Below, in pieces: positions 9,145-19,260 of a DNA stretch of 64,000 nucleotides. The DNA is from a virus: the IMG/VR virus record IMGVR_UViG_3300037782_000115, positions 32,001-96,000 of that record. The stretch is one strand, 5' to 3'. Numbering within the stretch: the stretch's first letter is position 1; each line of letters opens with the position of its first letter. Position numbers and translations under genes: made by a program. A model generated the notes under the pieces. It ran no database searches and was not told the origin of the DNA. It saw only the letters and a list, made by a program, of their open reading frames with translations.

Positions 9145-9897
9145 TTGAACCACGACATCCTCATCACGACCATACCAGGCCGCGCCGAAGAGGTGTTGCG
9201 CATTCAACTCGATCTCAGGAACGCCCTACTTGGATGCCGCGGCAAACACAGGGTCACAGTGATCTGTGACGGTGCGCTAACCGAAAAAATGTACGACAAC
9301 CTGATAACAACCGGGATCCACCGGCTCGTTGTGCATAAAGACCCACAAGGCCTGGCGTTCTCGATCAGCGAGTGGGCGATGTATCTCAGGCTGACCGAGC
9401 ACTACTACGGCGGCGCTAGCGAGAGAACCAGTCAGGAGATGAGCTTCACACCAGAAGTTTGCACGATGCTGCAAGACGATGTGGAACTCAACCACGACAT
9501 GTTCCCGTGGCTCGAGAAGAACCACGAAGAAGTGTTCCGTGCGGCCAACTGGTTTAGCGGCTATGACGCCAAAGAACACAAGAGGCAGGGCACAATCAAC
9601 GTCGGCGGCGTACCGCTGGTCGCAAGAGACATGGGGTGTGCGGTCAATCTCACAGCCATGTACCGGACGTGGATGAGGCTCACCCCAATCCCCAAAACAT
9701 TCGGCCCCCAGCGCGTAAGCAAGGGCGGGAACGACTACGGGCCGGATGTAGAAAGAGGGAACCCGTCCCGCACACCAAGGCTCGGGTCGAGAGTGGAGCA
9801 CTGGCTCCAGGGCGATAGCCCCAATTCTGGGCCGCTCAGGACTGTAATATACCCTGGCGGCGTCACACACAAAGGGGAGTCGACTTGGAACCGATAG
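9145..9897 (+). CDS. Putative GT-A fold glycosyltransferase
   Basis: ILITTIPGR, VTVICDG, TMLQDDV (DxD-like), C-terminal VTHKG. Confidence 0.55.
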   Translation: MNHDILITTIPGRAEEVLRIQLDLRNALLGCRGKHRVTVICDGALTEKMYDNLITTGIHRLVVHKDPQGLAFSISEWAMYLRLTEHYYGGASERTSQEMSFTPEVCTMLQDDVELNHDMFPWLEKNHEEVFRAANWFSGYDAKEHKRQGTINVGGVPLVARDMGCAVNLTAMYRTWMRLTPIPKTFGPQRVSKGGNDYGPDVERGNPSRTPRLGSRVEHWLQGDSPNSGPLRTVIYPGGVTHKGESTWNR

Positions 9898-10622
9898 TCA
9901 TCGTAATGACCAGCGCCAGGCGCGGCCCAGACACTGTCGGCCACAGGGGCCAGAAGCCGCCCGAGCGGGATGTGGACTACACATCAGGATGCGTCGAGGA
10001 GCTTCGAAAGGCGAGCTCGAGGCCGCTCGAAATCCACCTGTTCCCGACCGCGCCAGACGCGCCCAGGGACGTGGGCGAGGATGTGACGCACTACAACCAC
10101 AAAACGATGGGTCTTGTTGAGAACAGCGACCGCATGATGCGATATGTTGCCTCACTCGACAAGCCCGCAATCCAGTGCCAAGACGACATCGTCTTGTGTC
10201 GCAACGCGATCGATCGCGTAGTTCAGGTGGTTAGCGAGGGGCGTCCGCCGAACGCGGGGCTGATCTCGTTCTACACACCAATCGCGGCCGGCCAACCGAG
10301 GGGGCTGTACCACTACCCAGCGGAGGCGCTTTATGCCACCATGCTCAACGTCTGGTACCCCAGCGCAGCCAGCGAGTTTGTGTTCGAGTGGTGGCACCCG
10401 AAGCGACTCTGTTACGGTGACCAAAAAACAGGCCCTCGCGGCGTCAAGGGCTGGGACCTTATGGTTCAATATTGGCTGAAATGGTCAAAGAAGTACCGGG
10501 CATACAGGCACATCCCGTGTCTTGCCCAGCACCGAGGCGTTGTATCGGCGAGCGCCAAGGCCGTAGGGCAAAGGACGTCGATGAACTTCAAGGGCGTCCA
10601 ATACGACGCCACGAAAGGCTGA
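9885..10622 (+). CDS. Putative GT-A fold glycosyltransferase
   Basis: VIVMTSARR, IQCQDDIVL, GWD, PCLAQHRGVVS. Confidence 0.65.
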   Translation: MEPIVIVMTSARRGPDTVGHRGQKPPERDVDYTSGCVEELRKASSRPLEIHLFPTAPDAPRDVGEDVTHYNHKTMGLVENSDRMMRYVASLDKPAIQCQDDIVLCRNAIDRVVQVVSEGRPPNAGLISFYTPIAAGQPRGLYHYPAEALYATMLNVWYPSAASEFVFEWWHPKRLCYGDQKTGPRGVKGWDLMVQYWLKWSKKYRAYRHIPCLAQHRGVVSASAKAVGQRTSMNFKGVQYDATKG

Positions 10623-10625
10623 CCA

Positions 10626-11549
10626 ATGGAAAATGAAACAGTGATCTATGGCCCGTATGTCGGCGAATTTGGTTGGGAGGTCCACGCGTGGGCACCGCAC
10701 GTCTGCACCGACATTTCTCTGCACGCGGAAGAGGGGCACACAGAGAGGCGGATCATCGTCTGCCCGGTCGGCTCGGAGGCCCTGTACTCAAGGGCCGTAG
10801 AACACGGCGCGGAGTTGTTCACCATCAACAGGCCCGAGGGCGTGTCGGCCGAGTGGATGAGCTTGTCGCCGAACAGCCCAACGGACGCCATCGTCGCGAT
10901 CAAGAGCGAGATCGAGGCGAGGTTTGGGGCTGTCAGATACCACGAGCCGCAGCCGGGATCGAAGTACGCGCAGGACATCACCGACAACCGGGTCGATAGC
11001 CCCAGGCACGACTACTCTGTCAGTGGCCCGCACGGTCCCGACGAGAGCAAGTACCTCGGCCCCGGCAAGAAGAGCCAGAAGATTGTGATCGGCGTCGTAG
11101 CCCGCGGGCGCAAGGACCTCGGGCAGGAACGAAACTTCGCCGGCTGGGACGAGCTTGTCTTGAGCCTCAGAAATAGGATGCCCGGGTGTGAGGTCCGCAG
11201 TCTTGGCACAGAGGCGGGCAACAGGCACTTCGGCGAGATCGATCTTCGAACCTACCCCGACGCCGGCCTCTTCATCACCAACGCGCGGCGTTGCCACCTG
11301 CTTGTCGGCGAATCCAGCGGAACGATGCACTTGGCGGTGGCGGCCGGCGTCCCGTCTGTGGTCTTCGGCCCAGACCGCGGCCGCGAGCGGTATCGTCGAG
11401 ACAACGTCTGTGGTGTGCCGATGATGTTCATCCCAAGCACCGAGCCCAATCCTGTTATAGTGGCAAGGCAGGTGCACCGCCTCATTCAGACCCTCCGGGG
11501 CAGCAACGAATACATCAACCAACTGGAGCCGCGCGGAAATGTCGACTAA
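10626..11549 (+). CDS. GT-B fold glycosyltransferase, GT9 (heptosyltransferase)-like
   Basis: GPYVGEFGWE; LLVGESSGTMHLAVAAGVPSVVFGP. Confidence 0.75.
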   Translation: MENETVIYGPYVGEFGWEVHAWAPHVCTDISLHAEEGHTERRIIVCPVGSEALYSRAVEHGAELFTINRPEGVSAEWMSLSPNSPTDAIVAIKSEIEARFGAVRYHEPQPGSKYAQDITDNRVDSPRHDYSVSGPHGPDESKYLGPGKKSQKIVIGVVARGRKDLGQERNFAGWDELVLSLRNRMPGCEVRSLGTEAGNRHFGEIDLRTYPDAGLFITNARRCHLLVGESSGTMHLAVAAGVPSVVFGPDRGRERYRRDNVCGVPMMFIPSTEPNPVIVARQVHRLIQTLRGSNEYINQLEPRGNVD

Positions 11550-12144
11550 ATACGACCCAAAGACGTACTTCACCAAACGGTGCGAGAGGCAGGGAAGCCA
11601 ATATGTCACGAGGCACGGCGCCACGCCCGAGTTCTTCCAGCAACAGATGAAGGACTTCGCCTCACACCTGCCAAACCTGCCGGCGGACGTGAGAGTGCTC
11701 GACTACGGGTGCGGCGTTGGCAGGCTTCTCGACCAGCTTGCGGGCTTCGACGAGTATGCGGGCGTCGACATCGTGGAGAAGGCGATCGAAATCGCCCACA
11801 CCGCTCACGACATGGAGCACTACGGCGGCAGGGCCCGGTTCTACGCCCTTGGAGACGACGGCAGGATCCCGTTCGACGACAACCACTTCAACCTGTCGTG
11901 TGCGATCACCGTGTTCCAACACATCCCAGAGGACCTGGTGCTCGACGTGCTCGACGAATTCAAGAGGGTGTCCCTTGGCCGCGTGATGATCATCGACACG
12001 AACGAGGACAGCACTGCGGCCCACATGTTCAAAAGGCCGCCTGCGTTCTACACAGACCTGCTCGGGCTCAGTAGGCCTGAGCACAAGATCATCGACGTGG
12101 ATCATCCCGGCTCACACTACGTGCTGCATGGTGAGATCAAATGA
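11539..12144 (+). CDS. Class I SAM-dependent methyltransferase
   Basis: VLDYGCGVGR, GVDI, IPFDDNHFNL..AITVFQHI. Confidence 0.9.
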   Translation: MSTKYDPKTYFTKRCERQGSQYVTRHGATPEFFQQQMKDFASHLPNLPADVRVLDYGCGVGRLLDQLAGFDEYAGVDIVEKAIEIAHTAHDMEHYGGRARFYALGDDGRIPFDDNHFNLSCAITVFQHIPEDLVLDVLDEFKRVSLGRVMIIDTNEDSTAAHMFKRPPAFYTDLLGLSRPEHKIIDVDHPGSHYVLHGEIK

Positions 12145-12722
12145 GCTTCATTGTCACAGGACTCGGCAGATCGGGAACGACATGGTTGGCCGCGCAGCTG
12201 GCCAAGGGCGACCACATTGTGGGCCACGAGGGGAAGAAAGACGCCTCTCGCGGCCCACACGACCTGGTAAGGGCCTACAACGAGAGGCGAAGGGGAAGAC
12301 ACGCCTACGGCGAGGTCAACAGCTATCTGAGACACTGTTTACACCTTGTCGACACCGACGTGGCCGCGTTGCTCATCAGGCACCCGGACAGTCTCTGGGC
12401 TTCCGCTTACCGGTGGAGAAAAAAGAGGGGCGATGTTGACCTAAAGAAGCTCAACAAAGACGTCCAGGACGGCCTCTGGATCATCGCAAGGTTCCACGGG
12501 TACGGCGTGCCCGTGTTCCGAATCGAAGACCTGTCGGCCGACAAGGACGAGGTCTGCCGAATGGCTGACTACCTTGGGGTCTGTGTCAACAAGGACCAGA
12601 TCAAACTCGATGCGATGAACACATCAACACACTGCGAAGTCCCGCCCGTCGGCGACCAGTTCGAGTGGTTCGCAAACAAGTTCTATTCGGCCACCTCGCC
12701 GCGGGCCGCGTCGGGCTCGTAA
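12141..12722 (+). CDS. Sulfotransferase-like P-loop protein
   Basis: FIVTGLGRSGTTWLA (5'-PSB-like), GHE, LLIRHP, FRIEDL. Confidence 0.7.
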   Translation: MSFIVTGLGRSGTTWLAAQLAKGDHIVGHEGKKDASRGPHDLVRAYNERRRGRHAYGEVNSYLRHCLHLVDTDVAALLIRHPDSLWASAYRWRKKRGDVDLKKLNKDVQDGLWIIARFHGYGVPVFRIEDLSADKDEVCRMADYLGVCVNKDQIKLDAMNTSTHCEVPPVGDQFEWFANKFYSATSPRAASGS

Positions 12723-12761
12723 GCACCAGAGGGAGGGCTCGGGAACGGGCTGGGCCGTAAT

Positions 12762-13559
12762 ATGCAAATCACAATCACAGCAGAGACGCGGGAGGTTGAG
12801 CCTGTCAAGAAGCCGTGCTCACTGCTTGGCGAGTGCATTATCGAAGACGGCGAATCGGCGGACTACAAGAAGCTCGCCGGTTACCACTATCGCGACACCG
12901 GCTTCCCCCCGGGCGTGCACCACATTTACCGCGCCAGACACGCCGCGTCCGGCAAAACCGTTGGTGTTATCGTTTACGCAGTGCCGGCGCTGAACCTTGC
13001 TGTGCGAAACAAGATATTCGGTGATCGGTATAAGATCGGCGGCAGTGTGGCGACAAATGTGCCGAGGTCTCAGCGACTCAACGCCGAAATGGAGCTCATC
13101 ATCCGCGTGGTGGTGCACCCGACGTTCCGCGGCACAGGACTCGGCCGAAGGATCGTCGCCGAAACCCTACCGCTGAGGCCCTACAGATACATCGAGGCCT
13201 CAGCGGCAATGGGCAACATCAACCCGTTCTTCGAGAGAGCGGGCATGACGCCGGTCCAGGTCTCCAAGACCGAGCTGACCGTCAGGGTGCTCGGCGCACT
13301 CAGGTCGTTTGGGATGACTGACGAGGAGATTGCCAACTGGCGTGCGATTGTTGACAAGCTCGAGTCACTTCAAGAAGAGAAGCGTGCGTGGCTGTGGAAA
13401 GAGCTCGAGAGATACGCGACAAGGTGGCTCAAGAGCAGGACCGGGCGCAAAATACACATCACGCCGGAGCTCGCCGCCAGACGCGTGGCAGCGAATGCCC
13501 TGATCCAGACGACGTACTTCATCTACGAGAACAAACACCTCGCGCCAAAGGCTAATTAG
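12762..13559 (+). CDS. GNAT-family acetyltransferase (acetyltransferase half of the COG2401-like family)
   Basis: LAGYHYR; IIRVVVHPTFRGTGLG acetyl-CoA motif; AAMGNINPFFERAGM. Confidence 0.85.
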   Translation: MQITITAETREVEPVKKPCSLLGECIIEDGESADYKKLAGYHYRDTGFPPGVHHIYRARHAASGKTVGVIVYAVPALNLAVRNKIFGDRYKIGGSVATNVPRSQRLNAEMELIIRVVVHPTFRGTGLGRRIVAETLPLRPYRYIEASAAMGNINPFFERAGMTPVQVSKTELTVRVLGALRSFGMTDEEIANWRAIVDKLESLQEEKRAWLWKELERYATRWLKSRTGRKIHITPELAARRVAANALIQTTYFIYENKHLAPKAN

Positions 13560-14001
13560 GCGGCGAAATGTCCAGCCGCACACAGTCGATGGGAGCAAGA
13601 AACTCGTGGGTGGGAAACAAGCCAGACAGCGGCGACTTGTCCATGTCTTTGGTGTTAAACGGCCGACGCAACACCACACCCCTGTCGCCCACGTCCGGCG
13701 TTTTACAGACCACGAATCCGCCTATGTGGCGGCCCATCTGGGCGTCATGGACCTCGACCCGATCGCCCTCACTGAGCGGCCTTTTCATATGCAGGCACAT
13801 AACAGCCTCTTCAATAACGGACGGCCGCCAATACAACGCAGTATCTGTGTCGGAATCTCTGCCCACAACCCGCGGCCTGGTGATCTTTGTGATGTATCCA
13901 TAGACGGCGTGAGACACAGAGTACCGGTGGCTGTCTTCGCGGGCCTCAACAAGGTTGACCTTAAACGCGCCGGCGGTGTACGAAACATCCTTCTCAGGCA
14001 T
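13552..14001 (-). CDS. Hypothetical protein
   Basis: MPEKDVSY..., coupled to the ASCH gene; last gene of the leftward arm. Confidence 0.6.
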   Translation of the reverse strand: MPEKDVSYTAGAFKVNLVEAREDSHRYSVSHAVYGYITKITRPRVVGRDSDTDTALYWRPSVIEEAVMCLHMKRPLSEGDRVEVHDAQMGRHIGGFVVCKTPDVGDRGVVLRRPFNTKDMDKSPLSGLFPTHEFLAPIDCVRLDISPPN

Positions 14002-14449
14002 GACAAGCTTCTCCGATGGTTTCAAAGTGAGACAGGAGCTCGGGCGATAACGCAGAGCGACCAACATAGAACACCCGTTGCCTGCCAGGCAAAGGGACGG
14101 GCTTGCACGCCATGGGATTGCGCAAGAGCCAGCAAACGGGCCCGAACGACCAGGGGCAGTTCTGCCGAGATGGCGATGGCATGAGTGTGTGCCCATACAC
14201 CTCAACACTGCCAAGGATGGCCCCGGCCGGGTGTGCCTCGAGTATTTCTGGCCACAGGCGGCGAAGATCATCGAGCGTGTTGGCATCGATCTTCGCCTTC
14301 TTCTTCGATGCGTGCACCAGCATGCGGAAAGAGCCGTTGACCATAAGACTCTTGGGTGGCGGCCACGACCTGTTCTCGACAGGCTTCTTGCCGGACAGAA
14401 TGGCAGAGGCCCACGGCTGGTGTACAGAGAGCGTGGGGAATAAATCCAT
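13994..14449 (-). CDS. ASCH domain protein
   Basis: TLSVHQPWASAILSGKKPVENRSW, LVHAS, GAILGSV, PW.FGP..W. Confidence 0.9.
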   Translation of the reverse strand: MDLFPTLSVHQPWASAILSGKKPVENRSWPPPKSLMVNGSFRMLVHASKKKAKIDANTLDDLRRLWPEILEAHPAGAILGSVEVYGHTLMPSPSRQNCPWSFGPVCWLLRNPMACKPVPLPGRQRVFYVGRSALSPELLSHFETIGEACHA

Positions 14450-14464
14450 GATGGATCTCCGTTG

Positions 14465-14836
14465 CTAAAACTCGCAATTTGTCCTGGTGAGCATGACCGC
14501 GTCGGCCATTCTGTCCAGCACATCTTGGCCCAGCCCGCACGGCGCCCCGTCTCGGTGGGCGATGTTCTCGGCGGCGAAGAACGCGTAAACCTGCTCGGGC
14601 GACTGGAACGCGTGGACCCTGCTGACCCCAAGGCGGGCAGCGCCGTCCAAGAGCTCTGAGACCTCTGGTGTCCGCTCGACCTCCTCAAACTCGATAGAGA
14701 TAGAAACGGGCCTCACGTGCGATTCAAGGCGGCCTACGCGGGCCCGGTTGATTTCGATGAGCATGTCGCAGGCGGCGTCGGCCGCAGAGAACACGGACGC
14801 GGTGTGGGGCAAGCTAACCGTTATATTCCTGTTCAA
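14465..14836 (-). CDS. Hypothetical protein
   Basis: TTG start after GAAGGAG; in operon context. Confidence 0.55.
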   Translation of the reverse strand: MNRNITVSLPHTASVFSAADAACDMLIEINRARVGRLESHVRPVSISIEFEEVERTPEVSELLDGAARLGVSRVHAFQSPEQVYAFFAAENIAHRDGAPCGLGQDVLDRMADAVMLTRTNCEF

Positions 14837-15281
14837 CGAGATCTCCTTCCAAAGCCGCCTCTTTCGCGGCAATCTTGAGTTCCAGCCCTGAGATCGATTC
14901 TGAGAGGTCACCAACGACCTTCTCGTACAGGGCACGCTGCTCGGTGAGAGAAGGGTGGATGCCGCGGAGTAGCCGGCGGTGCGTCTCTCTCATCGATTTC
15001 TCGACGCGCAGGAACTTGTAAAGCTCCAAGAGGTCTGCGGGCAAGATCCGCTCTCTGCCGAACGAATTATCCACAAATATCAATTCGTCCTTCGCCGGGC
15101 GGATGTATACCGATTGCGCGTCACACTGAACGATCCAGGTGTGATCGTCGATATCCTGCTCATCCGGGGACAAGACTCGGCACGAACCGCTGTCGCAAGA
15201 GACGTGGATCCGGCCCACACACACCGGGACGCTCTCTTCGTTGTAGTCATCGACAAACTGCAACATGACAATGGCCATCAT
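14814..15281 (-). CDS. Hypothetical protein with C-terminal coiled coil
   Basis: MMAIVMLQ... start follows the upstream stop. Confidence 0.55.
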   Translation of the reverse strand: MMAIVMLQFVDDYNEESVPVCVGRIHVSCDSGSCRVLSPDEQDIDDHTWIVQCDAQSVYIRPAKDELIFVDNSFGRERILPADLLELYKFLRVEKSMRETHRRLLRGIHPSLTEQRALYEKVVGDLSESISGLELKIAAKEAALEGDLVEQEYNG

Positions 15282-15288
15282 GTTCTCG

Positions 15289-16161
15289 TCACCAGAGATT
15301 TGCACGAGATGTGCACGGCAGTCCACGCACACGCCCGTTACTGCGCGAACCTGCTGCACATTCATCAATCTTACGCTCTTGGTCGACACGGCCGTCCTCC
15401 AATCTCAAGTTGGTCACAATAATCAGTCTGGATTCAGAGCCATACCGCCGCCCGGCCCAAAACGCGGCCTCTATATACTGCTCTGTTTCTCTTGGCGCCC
15501 GGTCCTGTTCTTTTTCCGGGCCACTATCGGCGCCATCTGTCACATCCTCGCCCACCACCGCCCGACCGGGCCCGGCCTCAGTTCCTGCCACGGCCTCGGC
15601 CTGCTCCTCAGTCTCAGGCTTGGGCTGCGGCGGCGAGGGCGGCTTGACTGGTCGATATCCCGGATGGGGCGCAGATGTTGGTGATGACGGCGGCTTTGCT
15701 TCCTTGCCACGCCCCGTCTCCTCCGCCCTCCTTATCTCTTGGCAGAGCATGAACCCGTAACAAAACGCGCTGTGAACCCTCGAGTCCCAGCCGGGGCCAC
15801 GCCCGAGCACGCGTATCGCAATCTGGCTCACGGCGTCTCGCCAAACAAGGTATTGCTCAAGGGCGGAGTAAACACGGTCTCCCGGCCCGGTCAACTCAAT
15901 ACACCCGCTGCGATGATTAAGCTCGGCTACACAGCCGTGGTGGTCGGCCGACAGAAACGCGACGGACTCCTTCCACTTCGACACATATCGATCGGCAACA
16001 ACAACGATCTTGGGCTCGTCAAGATCCTCTGGCGTGAACCTGAATTTGGCGATCAACCGATCGAGCATCGCCCTGGCCGATCTCGTGTGACCGTTCTGTT
16101 CGCGATCGTTGGCCAGCGCCAGCATCTTGCGAGCCAACCTGAGAGCGGTTTCCCTTGTCAT
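15289..16161 (-). CDS. DUF2786-like protein
   Basis: N-terminal ALRLARKMLALA...ARAMLDRLIAKF; later AFCYGF and AGRRYG. Confidence 0.65.
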   Translation of the reverse strand: MTRETALRLARKMLALANDREQNGHTRSARAMLDRLIAKFRFTPEDLDEPKIVVVADRYVSKWKESVAFLSADHHGCVAELNHRSGCIELTGPGDRVYSALEQYLVWRDAVSQIAIRVLGRGPGWDSRVHSAFCYGFMLCQEIRRAEETGRGKEAKPPSSPTSAPHPGYRPVKPPSPPQPKPETEEQAEAVAGTEAGPGRAVVGEDVTDGADSGPEKEQDRAPRETEQYIEAAFWAGRRYGSESRLIIVTNLRLEDGRVDQERKIDECAAGSRSNGRVRGLPCTSRANLW

Positions 16162-18957
16162 TCAAACACTCCAGTGGCGACACGAAGAACGCTCGCCCTC
16201 CATGTATGCAGACACCCGCATAAAGCTGACGGCGTACGAAATCCCGGCGTGCTCAACCGGTATGAACCCAGAGTTCGGTCCGACATCGTCGACCGGCTCA
16301 ACAAACGCGACTGCCCCATCTGGGTGGTGCTTATAGAACACAGCGAAGTTCCTCCCCCTCACGGTCCGCCTTGCCTTGGTCACCAGGAAGTACCACCTGA
16401 GCCCAATTCTCAACCACTCGCCATCCTCCTCGTCGGGTCCGTCGATCCCAAGCGCGAGCATGAACGCCTCTTTACGGAGGGCCCGACGCTCTGCGATCGT
16501 TCCTTCGACAGACGCCTTCTTCATCGGAGGCTCGTACGGAGACGGATCCGCGACCACCTCCTTTTTGTCGGCGAAAGCAACGGCGGGGGCCGCCGGAGCC
16601 CTCGCAACAACCGTGGGATCTTCGCGATCGGGCGCCGACATGTTGGGGGGTGGCTCCGCCGCGGCCGCAGGCTCCAGGCTCACACCCAGGTCTGGCAGGA
16701 GCGAATCAAACTGCTTGCGGTAAGCACCAAACGAAGCCTTTGAATCAAGGCCGGTGAGCTCGCCAGCGATGAACTTAGCCAGTTTCGAGGCAACATCCTC
16801 GCCACCAGACATTGCCGCAAGGCCCTCGCTCGTGAAATCACCCTCGAGTGCCAGGCTCGCGGCCATCTTGTCGGCCATCAAGGCCAGGGCGGCATCTTGA
16901 ACAGAACGAGACGCTGTGCCGGCCGATACCACATAATCGACCTCGCAGCCAAACTGCTGCCCGAGGCGCCAGGCTCGCCGCGAAGCCTGGCGGAGTCGAT
17001 AGGTGTTGTCGCCGGGGAACGCAAATATCAGGCTCGGAAAGTCGAACAGGTCAAGGCCGGTCTGAACCAATTGCGGGTGGCTGATGATCACGTCGCAATC
17101 TGGTGCGTGCTTCTCGATCCAGGCTTCGCGGTCGATCGGCTTAGGTCCGCCGTCAGCCGTCGATCGCATCACACCAACACGGATGCCGTACTCTGACAAA
17201 TACTCCTTGTAGTAGGTCATCCAATCCCACGCGGGATCACTGCTCTTGCCGGTCAGCTCGGTAAACACCCATGTCTTTCGACCACGCAGCATATTCCGGT
17301 GGATCAGCCTGCGCACACGACGCGCCTTTGGCGTTTCTCTGGGTGGCAGGCTGTTGACGCCGAACACGTGGACCGGCATCTGTGTCTCATGATCGATGTG
17401 GTAGACGTCGTAGGGGTCGACCCACGGCTTGTCTGGGTAACGGAGGAATGTAGACCGCGCCTTTGCCCACGCCGTCGAACGACGTGTGGAATCAAGGTGC
17501 TCATCGAACGCGTCTTGCATCCGCTTGAGCTCTTGGTCGACATCGGCGTCGATGCCAACACGATGCACCTTCTCGTCGAACCTGGGCAGGTGGTCGTGCA
17601 TATCGGCCAGGCGAATAAAAACCGCCTGATCGAGCAGGAAGTTTGTGTAGAGCACTGGCGAGATGCCGGGCAGCGACCTGGTGTAGACAGAAGACTGCTT
17701 GCCCCGCCCCATAACAAGGTCGTTCGAAGACTGAAAATCGGATTCGGCGATGAACCGCCGCCGCTCTTGGAGAACCCCATACTCCTTGACGAAGTCTTCG
17801 TCGCCGCCATAGCTGAAAACCTGCCCGTCGTCCACCATCCTGTTCGGGCAAGTGCGCCAGAGAAGCTGGGTCAGGTTCTCCGCATAGCCGCCGACAAGCG
17901 TGCCGGTGAGGGGCACGACCTTCTTGCTCATTGAACAGAGGTCGGCGTACAGCCGCCCCTGGAGCGTCCCCCGCCCCTTGAGCTCGTGCACCTCGTCGGG
18001 CAGGTATAGATCGAACTGAGCGCCAATCTTCCGCAGGTACTGACACGGGGCCATGCGCCTGGGTGACACGCCCGGCACCGGAAGCGCGTCGGCGCCGCGA
18101 GACTGACCATTGAACGCTTGCCACAACGGCGTGCCGCACACCCACTTCGACTCTTCCGGATCCCAAACCTTGTTCTTGGCGGTTTCGGGGACCTCGGCAT
18201 CGCAGCACCTCTTGCTGCCCAGCTTGCCCTTCTTGTTACACATGAGGCTGAGCAGGTCGGAGCGGCTCTCTGCGATAATGCCGCCGCAGCCAGGGCATTT
18301 GTACGTCTCCACCCTCGCCTTCGGCTGACCGATGATGGTCGGCTCCAGGCGGGAGGAAACATCAACAGCAGCACGCCACGAGTAGCCCAACTTCCCCTTG
18401 TCTCTAGGCAGGATGTAGATCTCAGTTGTGCTCGGCGGGGCCCAGCGGCGGTTCTTCTGAGTCGTGATACTCCCGTCGGCGTGGCAGACCTCCTTTTCGC
18501 TTACGACAGAAGACTCACGCAGAGTGGACAGATCACTGATCGAGTTGACGATTACGGCGCGGCAGCCGGGAATGATCTTTCTAAAGTGGGATTGCCACTT
18601 CTTTACCAGGTGGTTCGGCGCCGTTACCACAACGCGTAGCTTGTGGCCGATGTCGCGTTCGTGCGCAGCGACAAGCCACGCACCCATGCACGTCTTGCCC
18701 GTTCCCATCTCGCCGACAATCCAGGCCGAGTTGTTCTGCCTCAGCAGCCGGACACACGACTCGATAACCGCCGCCTGTGCCGGGTATGGGGACATCGCAG
18801 CGCCAGAACACTGCCGCACATTCTCACTCAGCCGCTCGGTTTTGGGGTCGAACAACGGCGGCAGGCCGTCCTGTGCTTTGGACGCCATATCATCCACAAA
18901 CACAGACATGTAAGACTCGATCGAGTCAAAGCATTCGGGGTTGCTAAGTGCCTTCAT
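16162..18957 (-). CDS. SNF2/SF2-type helicase with Zn-ribbon insertion
   Basis: GEMGTGKT, DEVHELKG, LTGTLVGGY, VQTGLDL, LRQASRRAWRLGQ; CPGC...CGTPLWQ. Confidence 0.92.
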   Translation of the reverse strand: MKALSNPECFDSIESYMSVFVDDMASKAQDGLPPLFDPKTERLSENVRQCSGAAMSPYPAQAAVIESCVRLLRQNNSAWIVGEMGTGKTCMGAWLVAAHERDIGHKLRVVVTAPNHLVKKWQSHFRKIIPGCRAVIVNSISDLSTLRESSVVSEKEVCHADGSITTQKNRRWAPPSTTEIYILPRDKGKLGYSWRAAVDVSSRLEPTIIGQPKARVETYKCPGCGGIIAESRSDLLSLMCNKKGKLGSKRCCDAEVPETAKNKVWDPEESKWVCGTPLWQAFNGQSRGADALPVPGVSPRRMAPCQYLRKIGAQFDLYLPDEVHELKGRGTLQGRLYADLCSMSKKVVPLTGTLVGGYAENLTQLLWRTCPNRMVDDGQVFSYGGDEDFVKEYGVLQERRRFIAESDFQSSNDLVMGRGKQSSVYTRSLPGISPVLYTNFLLDQAVFIRLADMHDHLPRFDEKVHRVGIDADVDQELKRMQDAFDEHLDSTRRSTAWAKARSTFLRYPDKPWVDPYDVYHIDHETQMPVHVFGVNSLPPRETPKARRVRRLIHRNMLRGRKTWVFTELTGKSSDPAWDWMTYYKEYLSEYGIRVGVMRSTADGGPKPIDREAWIEKHAPDCDVIISHPQLVQTGLDLFDFPSLIFAFPGDNTYRLRQASRRAWRLGQQFGCEVDYVVSAGTASRSVQDAALALMADKMAASLALEGDFTSEGLAAMSGGEDVASKLAKFIAGELTGLDSKASFGAYRKQFDSLLPDLGVSLEPAAAAEPPPNMSAPDREDPTVVARAPAAPAVAFADKKEVVADPSPYEPPMKKASVEGTIAERRALRKEAFMLALGIDGPDEEDGEWLRIGLRWYFLVTKARRTVRGRNFAVFYKHHPDGAVAFVEPVDDVGPNSGFIPVEHAGISYAVSFMRVSAYMEGERSSCRHWSV

Positions 18958-19258
18958 GTTTGTAGCCCTTCACTCTTTTTGCCGTCCACGTCTCGGGGTC
19001 ATGCCCCATCGCCGTAAGTTGATCAAACAGGACGCTCTTGATCAGCTGCCGCATGTTCCGCGTGACAGACAGTTTGAGAACACGCCTGGCCGGCCTGGAG
19101 AACTCTTCGCCATCCCTGTTCTTGCCCACATACCCGCACGAGACGCGGGTGTAGAGCGTTCCAAGGAACGGGATCTTTACAGCGTTGCCATTGGCTAGGT
19201 GCTCGACCCACCTGTCCATCATCGCGTACGCCAACGCCCTGGCGGCGTACGGATCCAT
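18944..19258 (-). CDS. HU/IHF-like DNA-binding protein
   Basis: HLANGNAVKIPFLGTL...GKNRDGEEFSRPARRVLKLSVTRNMRQLI follows the HU arm pattern. Confidence 0.7.
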   Translation of the reverse strand: MDPYAARALAYAMMDRWVEHLANGNAVKIPFLGTLYTRVSCGYVGKNRDGEEFSRPARRVLKLSVTRNMRQLIKSVLFDQLTAMGHDPETWTAKRVKGYKHEGT

Positions 19259-19260
19259 GC

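Noticed and set aside
15067-15075. Perfect DnaA box TTATCCACA
   Set aside because: Single copy inside a CDS; no cluster, so compatible with chance
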